Shown one piece after another: positions 24,523-35,947 of a stretch of DNA of 64,000 nucleotides. Made by a program: the position numbers and the translations under genes. The stretch's first letter is position 1. Every line of letters begins with the position of its first letter. The notes beneath the pieces were generated by a model. The model searched no databases, was not told the origin of the DNA, and saw only the letters and a program-made list of their open reading frames with translations. The DNA comes from Selaginella moellendorffii (taxonomy: Eukaryota > Plantae > Lycopodiophyta): NCBI RefSeq assembly GCF_000143415.4, contig NW_003314261.1, positions 1,041,674 through 1,105,673 on the forward strand, given 5' to 3'.

Positions 24523-25636
24523 ATGGTACAACATGGATCTTTTAGGGTTGGCCAATCTGGAATGGAAGAGCAGGCGAATGTGGATAGCCTCCTCAAGGGT
24601 GTGAAAGTGCCGCCGCGCTTGAGAGAAGCCGTGGATGCCACGCTCGAGTTGCGGAGGGTCATCTCCGCCTTCAGGCACAGTTGCTTCTTCTCTGTGGAGG
24701 GTGGAGCTCTGTTCGAGACAATTCAAGCGTGGTACGTGAAGAAATACGTGCCCAGTTCCAACCTGAAGGAGTACCCCAAGGTACACACTGTTTTTCTCGC
24801 TGTAGAGTTTAATTTGCTGCTTTAGGACCTGGAGGAAAGGAACCCATATGCACGGTATAAGACTCAATTCCCAAAGGCTGCAAGGGCGTGGTCCTCAAAG
24901 CTGGATTTCTTGCTTGATGAAATCCCGCTCTGCGACTCATCGCTGCAGTCGCTTGAGCGATGTAAGTTTCCCTCGCAGCCAGATGAAAACACTGACAAAA
25001 AGAACAACAGGGACTGTAAGTGCAGCGGAGCTGGAGCAGCTCCTGCTAGACCTGGATGACGGCGGAAGGCTTGCTCCTCTTATTACTGTGTGCCCTTACC
25101 TTACACACTTGGAGAACGTCTACATGGCCGTGTTAGACGCGCGGCTGTGGCTCAGCTATTCAGAGCTTCCTGTCGAACCTCTTCGGAATAGCGGATCATG
25201 TGAGTGAGCCTTCAGCATTCTTGACTTTTTAGTTGCTCATGCATGGTTCATAGACAAGGCAATTCGTATGGGGTCCGCTCGACCTGTGCGGCAGCTGCAG
25301 GGCAAGCCTCCCTCCCCCTTCTACGCCCTCGTGATGCGGCGTGAAGCGAACAACTCCTTGGGCATGCTCGGCGACCCGGGTTCGACGGTGTACTACGTGA
25401 CGCCAATGGATTTTGAGCCAGAGAGACGTGGCTGTTACATGGCGAGGATGTCGAGATTGGGGCGGGGCTTCATGCGCAAGCGCGGGATGTCACCAAAACA
25501 GGTTGCAGCAAGCCTGGCTGCAACGCCCATTGATGATAAGGAGTTCAAGGACCGCTTCCTCAAGCACAATAAGATGACAGAAACATCTTCCATGGCCAAG
25601 CTCCTGGCTCACCACATATATGACATCAGTGTCTAG
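24523..25636 (+). CDS. Hypothetical 4-exon protein (~321 aa; exons 24523-24780, 24826-24961, 25011-25199, 25254-25636), no recognised domain
   Basis: Three 45-54 nt GT-AG introns join the reading frames without stops, with consistent phases (0, 1, 1). The start could instead be the downstream ATG (MEEQANV). Confidence 0.7.
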
Positions 25637-26214
25637 TGGCCTGTTTTGTTTCTGCTTGTGTGGTCTTTCTTTCAGTTGCTGCCCCTTGACAGCTTTTATC
25701 CAGATCTTTTTTAAGATTGAATAGCCACTGGACCTTCATGCACCGTTTGTGATCGTTATTTATGATAAAAAGGTATAGAAGTATCATGTCTACAGCTTGA
25801 GTAGCATCATGGTAATAACTGACCTCTAGATATTCCATCTTATGAATTTGATAATTGATATTATTTAATAGTATTGTGAGGTCGAAGTGTACAACTATAA
25901 TGCTATATACTAATATTAGTGTAGTGGGATTTTGATAGCTGTTTAATTAATTTCAATCTGGACCACTTTTATATATATAAACTAAGGTTTTGGGCTAATT
26001 GATATACACATTTTTATATTCCATGCACTCACATTGGTGGAGATGAAGTGTAACTTTGATAATCTTTTATAAGATGTCATCTTTTCCACTTTTTATTGCA
26101 TGTCCTTTAGCTCCACTTCTTATGGGAGATAGTCATATTCCAATAGAGGTCCATGTTATTGCTGCTTGAGTTCAAGGACAAAAGCAAAGATGTGGTGATG
26201 GCTGTAATGTCCAT

Positions 26215-26256
26215 TGCTATGTATGTGATGAAGTTGGTCACATTTATTAGCATTGT
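26215..26256 (+). mobile_element. Gag-type zinc-knuckle relic (CX2CX4HX4C)
   Basis: Translates CYVCDEVGHIY*HC inside AT-rich degenerate DNA. Confidence 0.45.
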
Positions 26257-29200
26257 CGACATTTTTTGAATTAGTGACCTCCATTTCTTAGGTGGAGACT
26301 TTGGCATCAATAACATCTTAATGTTATAGTGCACTTTATATTTCTCTCCTTAAGTCAACTGGAAAAGGGGTAATTGTTTGATGAGAGAAACTTTAGTGGC
26401 TATTTTATCCCCATTTATCCCTCAAGGTTCCAAAATAACAATATATTCAAATTTCATCCCATGATCATATGTGCTACACTCTTTCAGAGATGTTAATTTC
26501 CTCATTGATTATTGACTATTGACTAACAACCCTCACTAAATTAAGGAGAACTAGCATCTCCATTTTTGCATTAAATCTATCAATCTTTCTATTGTGTAAA
26601 TTAACTATTCTATATAAGGCAACTAGTCATCCACCCGTACCGCAGTCCTATGGTAGATACCTTTGTCTGTGGATGCTCTACAAAATGAAGGATGTACTCA
26701 TAAATGCTCAATATGTACGATTTCAATTTTAGGGGTAGGAATATACTTTGTTCAAGGGTATATTATATTTTAAATAGCCACCAATCAATGAGAATCAAAC
26801 CCATGATATTTTCTCTGATACTATATATAACACATCCTATCTCTCTCCCTTTAAACCAATTGAAAAAGGGGCAATTACTTATTGAGCGAGCCCTTAGTAG
26901 TTATTTTATTTCTATTTATCTCTCAAAGTTCCAAGGATCCACAATGATAGTATATCTAAATCTCATCCCATAATTACATGTGTTATAGGTGCCAAGGTGC
27001 TTTCGGGAAACGAATAACAAAAAGTTTTTGCATGAATAAGTTAGTGACCCTCTTTCTTTCTTTCGGGAGTATCATTAAAGGGTTCACTCCACATTAGTTC
27101 ATCCAATATTTATTTTCCAAGCTTGTCTTTACACTAAGAGGTCTTCTATTATTCTCTCCATATTAATTGATATAAGCTCAAGTTTATTTTAACCTATTAC
27201 CATACATTGCCATTTATATTTGCATTAGTGTGGTAGAGCTAGTTTTCATTTTTTATGGCAATGGCTATACACACGTATATGCATGGGATGAAGTGAATAT
27301 ACTTGTGCATGTGGGTGATCTCGAGCTTGAGCTATAGTCATTGCGGGTGGTGCCAAGTTAAGCTTTTGACTTCATCTTTGGTATGGATTGGTTGCAATGC
27401 AATTATGTAAAGTATGACTTTGAGACTTTTCCCCTTTATATCATATTTCTTTATATTTTTTTCATTCCTTTCACTTTTGTTCTTCTTTGTTCCTCTTTAT
27501 CTCTTTACTTTCATCACTTTTATCTTCATATTACTTCCTTTTATGTTTCCATTTTATTCCTTTATTCCCTCTTTAAATCCCTCTTACGGTTTTTATGTTG
27601 CAGTGGTTGACTAGGTCATTAAGGAGTATATCAATCTCTTTGAATTTGAATCATCTAGGGCCAAAATTACAACACGTCATCTTATTATAAGTGGGGATGC
27701 TTGTCTAATCAAGGTTCTTATTCGTCATCAGTCATCAAAAGAGAACAAAATTTTACATGTAAACGTCAAAGAGCATCTTGGCAAATGCATAGGTGTAAAG
27801 TGAGTGAGAGGGAAAGGAAAGAGAGAAAAAGAAGATCCTTAGCCACTTCCAAATTACCTAAGTCACTTTGCCTTATTGTGTTAGCCCTAAGCTTTATTCT
27901 CTTGTCTTTGTTTGCTTTTATATGCAAATATAATGTGGATTTTTTTTCCTTATTGGCCTAATAATCTTTACTCATTAATCTTTGTGGTTTACTGGCAGAG
28001 TTTATAGAATGGGCAAGAAAAATGTAAATATTACTTCTGGAGTATCTACCCCTTTTTTTCTTTTCCTTTTCTTAGAGAAATTTTTTATAATATTTTGAGG
28101 GAAAGCTTGTTCCATAGAAAGAAATATCTGTCTAATGTATCCCTTGATTTCTTTCTTTGGAACTTCCTCATAAACAAAAGCACTAAGATATATGAGGGTT
28201 TCTCTAGCATAAAGATGAATCTTTCCTATGAGATATTTACTTTCCCTCTATTCTAGATGAAGAGATTTTTGTTTGAGCTTATTAGGAAAAACTACTCTTA
28301 TCTAAATCCACTAATCTAGCTTTATGGGGAGATGGAAGAACTTGGAAATAAAATCTTAAGTGATCTTAATATCCTCTTCATCCATTTTGAAAGTCAGTTT
28401 TACAAAATCCCATAATTGAAAAACCAATTTGCCTTCTTGTGGTTTTATAAAGTTCAATGTAACTTTATAGAATTTTTCTAGACCCCTATTTTTCATCTAG
28501 TTAGCCACCCTATCTGTGCACTTAAGTAGCTTATCATGATAAATCCTTGCAAGGGCTTCATCCACAAGCTTATCCATAGTTGACTACTTTTCTAGTTGAG
28601 TTAGATGTATCATAATTGTGTAAAACATTATCTAAGGAGATGTTAGTAAAATTATAAATGAGCTCATAGACAAAGAGAAGTCTAACTTAATATGACAATG
28701 ATGAAGGAAAACTAGTCTAGGAAGCACAATAGCTATGCCAAATTCCCTTGATACATCTACATATCCTATTTGAGGTACTTAAATTTGTTAAAGTTGGCTT
28801 TTTCAATATGACATCAATAAAGATTTAGAAAGCTTGAAAAAGAAAAACCTTACTATAGAGGAGTAAAAAATCATAAAACAAATGGCAAAGATGACAAAGA
28901 TTATTAATATTTTGCATTTAGAACTTAAGGAGGAATGGTTTGATGTTATAATAAGCTTTAATATAAAGGATTTACAATATAAATTGTGCCACATTTAAAA
29001 ATCTAATCATGATTACTTTAGCATGAATTCTAAATTTTTACAAGATAGTGACATTTATAGAGTTGAGAGCAATCAATAAGTTGTTTAAAATTGTCTATTC
29101 CTTAGTCCCAATTATTAATAAGCTCTTTTGAATTTGATGGTGATGAAGTGTGTTGCAAATGTGATTATAGATATTGAAAGTTACATATCAATAAATTCTT

Positions 29201-30829
29201 TTAGATATTCTTCTTTTACTGCCATAACAACATAGGATCTATATTGTTACACCCTTCATCAATCCTTCTTGTGCTAATATCAATGTGGTAGAGAATGTGA
29301 TTAGGTATGTATAGGAGTTGGGTAGAGAACTAGAGTAAACCAATTGAAGTACCAAATATTGTTAGAGAGTGTAAATTCAAGTTTCACATTTAACAGATTT
29401 AGCCATAGCTTTAATTAGTGCCTAATAAGGTTGAGATTGAAGAGGATGATGATAAAAACTAAAGGATGAGACAAACAATGCAATAATGTAAAAAGTTGAT
29501 TAGCATCTTAACACTTTTTACTTTTTAAGTTTTAGGTACTTCAAATATATGTAGATGGCAATTCCAACCATTGTTGAGTTATGATTGTCTCACCTACCTA
29601 TATATATGGGGATGAGAAGCTACCTAAAGGTATTGCAATTACAAATTATAAGGGAGAAAATTGTCTTTGGTAGCTAAATTTTGGCATTTTTGTGGTGTTG
29701 AAAGGGGAGCAAGAAAAATAGAACTTGCATATGTAAAATTTTTTACAACTTGCAATCATAAAAAAGGTGTCTACTAAAGCTAGTAAGCTTATTAAATATT
29801 TTAATTTTTGTATTCTGTTTTTAACCTCATTTTTCCCAACTAATCCTACGTGGACGAGGTTTAAATTTCAAAGAAGAATAAAAGAAAACATTCTCATGGA
29901 AGAGATATATCAATAATCCAAAAAATACACCAAATACACTATGTTGTTCAATATAGGGATATGGAAAACTTGGCCAAAGTTGTTCTTTAAAGATGCTATT
30001 TTTATTTGAATAAAACAAATAGTTGTATCAGTTTAGTAAATTTTCTTGAGCACTATTGTAAATGCCTAAGAACTAGTTAAGGTGTGCATGCACAGATATA
30101 CAAGAAAATCAAGAAAATGTTAAAGACATATAACTACTATAATTTCATGGTGAAAAACAATATTCTGTTGGTGGAGCGTAAACCACTCTTGTCAGACTAT
30201 GCATTAGCCTGCTGAGAGGCTGCAAGAGGCAACAATGAAAACATGCTGAATGACAAAGATAGTGGCCATGAGAATGTCAACATTTTCGGTGCTAATAGCA
30301 AAGAGACTAAAGATGGTTGTGAGAATGACTTGCAAGAAATTCCACGAGAGGAAGTGGAGCAAGAGAACCAAGACGTGCAAGAAGTTCTACCACAACAAAG
30401 ATGTGCAAATCCACAACTAAAGGAATTAATCAACAATGATGATGATTGTCTAAGACGTGCCCGTAACTAAGGAACTTCTTATGGTATTTTTTTTTTAATT
30501 TCTCCTATTCTTAATTCTTTAAAATGGTTGCAACAAGAATTGCCAAGAGTAACTTTATTCCAGCTTGACTTAATGCCTGAGAAGAGGACTTAAAGGAACT
30601 CATGTCTATAACATGCCACATGACAATATATAAATTTTTCTCAATTTCACATCTTACCTTTGTCTTCTCCCCCTAGATTCACCTTGTTTCTTTAATGGCA
30701 TTCCGTGATGAAGTTAGAATCTTTATTAGCTCTTATAGTTCATTCATGGCATCTTTCGAGGAGGATGCCAAGAATATAGCTATCTAGCAAAAGTGAGAGC
30801 ACTTTTGTCAGAAAATCCATATGCTCAAA

Positions 30830-31445
30830 AGCATAAACATCATGCTCTTTGACATGCGAAATAGTCTTCCAAATGCTGATAGTGATGTCCCAAACTGAAA
30901 CATCCTAATTAAAGACCATTTAAAAGATGCATTCCTTTTAGCAGTAGTTCTCCTTCACACAACCAATCAAGTTGCCTCATGAATGACCCTAATTAGATGT
31001 TTTGCTTTATGAGGTATGCAACTCAAGTCAACTTCAAGAGGTTCTCTTTTGGGTGCATTATGGATAATGTTTGGGTGGCATCCCAAGCATGTCAAAGAAA
31101 GTAAGAAATCATCTTGTATTTTGTGTTGTTTCTAAAAGTTTTATTATTTAGGTTATGATATAGATTTATCATATGTTTTGCAAAAGAGAAAATGAGGGTT
31201 TTTGTGATAATGAGTGTGCTATATGGGTTTTGTCAAAGTATGATAGCTCTGATATCATACTAAATTTCGTAAATGATCACATTCGCAATACATTGTTTAG
31301 GTATTAGTTTTGATCGCTATTAGTGATGAATATCTTACTTGAACTTTATTATCCAACTAGAGGTGTTGTCATTGATTGCACAACAGGTAGTGGTTTGATG
31401 GTTGAAGCAATACATAACTTTGGTAGATTGGTGTTTGCAATTTAA
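30830..31445 (+). pseudogene. Decayed beta-class N4/N6 DNA methyltransferase-like sequence
   Basis: 31326-31442 reads MNILLELYYPTRGVVIDCTTGSGLMVEAIHNFGRLVFAI (SAM-binding motif I region). Upstream INIMLFDMRNSLP...DVPN*N sits where motif IV would be. GT-AG intron-like segment 31101-31151. Confidence 0.5.
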
Positions 31446-33949
31446 TAATATAAATTCTTTGAAAGCCATCTTAAAGATTTTTGTCATTCTTTATTAATTG
31501 CTTCTAGGAGGAAATTTATGATGTTTTAAAAACTTATATGCAATACATATTTAGTTTTCCTCTATATCTATCATAAATCTCTAATATAATGAGCTTTAGA
31601 AGTCTTTCTAGGTATGTATAGCACAAGATATGCTATGAGTCTTCCTTTGAATTGAGGAGTTGTGTAAAAAATCTATTTAACGATGATATAGTAAAAAAGA
31701 GTTGAATACATCCACTTGCAATAAGAAAAGCATGTTACATGTCAATATGATAATGATAATGATAGTGACAGTGACGGTGTCAAAGATAGTTATAGTGTTA
31801 GTTTATCAAATTTCATAATGATGAGTATACTACCTATAATTAATACCAATTTTTAAAAATAGAAAATGGCTAGAGGGGGGGGGGAGGGGATGGATAATAT
31901 TATAGTGTAAGAATTATTAGTAGCTAGAAATTTAGTAAGGTGACTTAAAAATACAATATTTAGCACTTTTGGATGTAGTATTTACTAATGGAATATTGTT
32001 TTTCACTATAAAGTGATAATGGTTATGCATTCTTAACTTTTTCTTGATTTTCCTATACATCCATTTATACACACCTTTCACACCAGTTCTTGAGCAGTTG
32101 TGATAATGTTCTAGAAAAGTTTCCAAACCTATACAACCTTCTATTTTATCCAAATAAAAGTAGTATATGAGATACTAAAGATAATATATATTCATTCTTT
32201 CAAGAGTTTCAACCATATCTAGAGCAAGATCTTAAAGAAACATTTGGCATCACTCTTGAAGCATATGAGGCAATCCATATCTAGAACATTATCTGGAAGA
32301 AAAACCTCTTATTTAGTCACACTTGAAGCTATAAAAAGAAGAGCCTCACAAGAATTATTATATGGAGGAAAGGGTGGAATATTGGTAGAAGTTGGAGATG
32401 GAGGTGGAGACTTATATAAAATTTATAGGGGTCAAATGCAAGAAGCAATAAAATTTTCCTTAGCCATTCTTACACATTTAATTTTCAACGTTGAAAGCAT
32501 CCCTTATCAATATTTATACTAAGAAAAGATTTAGGGGTTCTTAAAAGTTTAGATTGTTAGTCTCAAAAATGGGACTTCAGAATTATAATAGTGTTAGAAC
32601 CAAAGACTAGGAGTGTAATATGAAGATTGTGATAGTGAAACAAAATTAATATTTTTACATTAATTTGCCCTACAACTCTTATTTATAGATTTTTTTATTT
32701 TACTTAAGAACCATAGAATGAATGAATAGTATATAAATATATATTGCCTTGACCAATATGTACTATTAATGGCTACCCTTCAAAAAAGTTTATTTTTTTA
32801 ATGAATTGCAAGAAAATCAAAATATGATAGTTGTAAAGATAGTCTTTAGTAAGAAAATAGATAGGTTCTCATGAACTTTGTCTTTTCTAAATAACTCAAT
32901 CTAGTAAAAAATTTTAACCTAGGTATTTATATATTTTAATATTTTAAAGTTTGTTAGAACCTTAATTTTTTAACATAAATTTTCTTTGTAAGAGTTATAG
33001 TTCTATTGACTTACATTGACTTGTGCTAAGTTGAGCTCAACTCAACTTTGGACCATCCCTTCGTGGAGGAGTGATGAAGAAATAAATGTTATATCATCCT
33101 AGGCAGAGCAAAAAAAAAAAGTTTAGGTGAACTGGAGTTATGCCTAAACTTAGACATTTAAAGAAGAAAGTCTCAACCTAGACAATGCTCGTCATAAACA
33201 AGTGTGAAGCAATTATGAACGATTATTAAATCATATAATATATAAGTAACATTTAAACATGCTAGAAAACAACCCCCACTCATTGTTATATGCATTTATA
33301 TTGAATTAACCATCTTTTCTCCTACTTATAATTGTTTATGTAAAGTAAAGTTAAGAGAGTGACATATATTTATCCTTACTCATGCCTTTGGGGTTCGAAG
33401 TTGAGTTCTCTTCTATTTTTTTCTTATTATTTTTCTTTTCTTTTCTTCTTTATGTTTTTATTTTTGTTTGTTTATCACTATTTTGTAGGTAGGGGCAAGA
33501 ACACAAGTATAGGTAAAAAAAGCCTTACTTAAAGCAAAATATAAAGACAAAGGATTAAATGGCAGATTGAAAGATTGAAACTTCTCCTGTAAAGTCTTTA
33601 ATTCATCTCTAAAGTTATCTTCATAATAGTCAAACTTCTCATTGTAATCTAGAATTATAAACATCATTTTCCCATAAATTTGATCCTTGAATATTCTCCA
33701 AAAACCAAATTGTTGTAAACAACCAAAGGGAACAATTTAAAAGACAATTTATAAAGGTTTAAATATAAAGGAAAAAAGCTCATGAATAAAAGTGCACTTT
33801 CTTTTTTAACTGATTAAGGGTTTTAGGATACTTGAAGTTAAATGTCCTTAGGTTTAAATAGTATTAGGTTAGATGACCTCTTGAGAAGTCTAAAATTTAG
33901 CTTTTTAATTGATGTTATAATCATGCTCCACATTAGCCATAGCTAACAA

Positions 33950-34590
33950 GATACAAAGAACAGAAAAAAATAAAAATAAAGGCAATATATCAAGGATGGG
34001 TATAACACAAATATAATTGCCAATATGCCCTATAGTATTAGTGGCTTTGAATACCAAGAACAGAAAAAGCAATGACAATAACACTAATGGCTTTAAACAT
34101 CAAGAACAAGAAAAACAACAACAATACATCAAGGATGGGCATAACACCAATATAATCATTAATACACCCATAGCACTAGAGTCAATAGAACACCAAGAAT
34201 AGAAAAATGAATAGCAATATCTCAAGGATGGGCATGGCTTTGAATACCAAGAACAGAAAAAGCAATAGCAATAGCATTAGTGGCTTTAAACACCAAGAAC
34301 AGAAAAAATAATGGCAATACATTAAAGATGGGCACAACACTAATATAATCACTAATACGCCAAATATCACTAGAGCTGACAAGACACCAAGAACAGAAAA
34401 AATAATGGCAATACATCAAGGATGGGCACAACACTAATATATTCACCATTATACCCCATAGCACAATACCAATATAATCATCAATACACCTTATAACACC
34501 AGAGTCAATAAGACACCAAGAATAGAAAAAGCAATGGCACAAGGATGGACATAACACCAATATAATCATTAATATGCCTTATAGCACCAA
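33950..34590. repeat. Degenerate minisatellite built from CACCAAGAACAGAAAAA / CAAGGATGGGCA / AACACCAATATAATC blocks
   Basis: These blocks recur several times in a similar order. Confidence 0.8.
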
Positions 34591-34679
34591 AAGCACAATT
34601 TGGCAAAAAGCTACTACAAATCTAGATCTAAAAGAAAATGAAGAAATAAAAACAAAAAACACAATCCCAAACATTAAGA

Positions 34680-35300
34680 GCAAAGCATTATATTCTCTAG
34701 AGGTAAATTGTAATACCTTTTGATTCCATCAATATAAATGCTCAAAATATGGGAATAGGTATATTGATTGAGGTTTAGACTCCTTTATATATAAAAATAG
34801 ATGGACAAATGGATGATGTGAATATATGACATTAGTATAGATAACCCAACAATCATAAAATTCATGTGGTATAGTGTTAGTTTTATTTGTACTACTAAGG
34901 TAGTTGTGCTTATAAGAGGTTTTAATCCATATTCAAGAAAAATATAATTATTGAAAACAATCAATATTGCATCATAGCTCATCCATAAAGCTCTATCCTT
35001 AAGAACATAGTAAATTGGATATATACCAAGTCTATTTTCTCCAAAATTCCTATCACTACAATATTCATTTCATTAACTGGACTGAAACTAAAACGATCCA
35101 GTATTATTTACAAAGCTAAATGCGTTTCCATAATTTTAACTCATGTTCTCATCAATAGAATGTACTAAAATATCTAGTGTTTGCAACACTACAACTCGGG
35201 GATAGCCTCTAGTGCATTAGAAATACAGAAAAATGATACTACAGAATAGATTTATATTATGTAAACTGACAACTTGTAGATGGAGAACATTGAAAACTAT
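34680..35300 (-). pseudogene. Relic 1 of the secreted 'unknown domain + B-lectin' family (homolog of 59725-60645)
   Basis: Reads GYPRVVVLQTLD..., NYGNAFSFVNNTGSF, PIYYVLKDRALWMSYDAILIVFNNY and PHEFYDCWVIYT, against the intact gene's GGPRNVIISTLD, SYGQAFALFNVIGSF, PIYHVLNDISTWKGYDAIVIV and PQDFYDCSISFT. Confidence 0.8.
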
Positions 35301-35449
35301 CAAATTTAGGAGCACCAGTTTGATACTTTAAACGATTCTTTTGCTAATTAAGAATAAATTGTTCATGCTTTATCTTTCTGGGAATACTTCAACATAGTAG
35401 AAGATTTCATTGTCTTCTATAACCATTACAGTTTCACATTTAGTTTATT

Positions 35450-35850
35450 AGTTTATTGTTCCATATTCAAGAAAATACAGAATCATATAATTATTAAAAA
35501 CAATCAATATTTCATCATAGCCCATCCATAGAGCTTTATCTTCAAGAACATGGTAAATTGGATATATTATTCTGAACCACTTACTCCAAAATTCCTATTC
35601 CAACCATATTCATTAACTGGGTTCAAAAGCCAAGCTGAAACTAGAAGTCTAAACGATCCAATATTCTTTTCCATAATCTCAGCAATAGAAAATATCTAGT
35701 GTCTGTAATACAACATCTTGGGGATAGCCTTCCGGGAGCGCACCCTCCCTCCCAACATATTCTAAGAGTGCATTAGAAATACAGAAAAATGATACTACAG
35801 AATAGATTAATATTATGTAAAATGACAACTTGATAGAAACTATCAAAATT
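35450..35850 (-). pseudogene. Relic 2 of the same family (tandem with relic 1)
   Basis: Reads EYVGREGALPEGYP, NIGSFRLLVSAWLLNPVNEYG and PIYHVLEDKALWMGYDEILIVFNNYMILYFLEYG, against the intact gene's EYIGKEDVIPVGGP, VIGSFRVLVSAWLLSPVNDQG and PIYHVLNDISTWKGYDAIVIVNANFMVFYYLRYG. Confidence 0.85.
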
Positions 35851-35947
35851 TAGGAAGTCAGAAAGAGGAATTGTAGTTCAGGTCATAGTACCATCGAGAA
35901 TAATCTCTGGAAACGATCAAAAGGCTAGTATCATATCTAAGCAATGG

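Noticed and set aside
26355-26990. Diverged ~120-bp direct repeat (26355-26480 vs 26858-26985)
   Set aside because: No TG...CA ends or TSD recognised, so it cannot be called an LTR pair.
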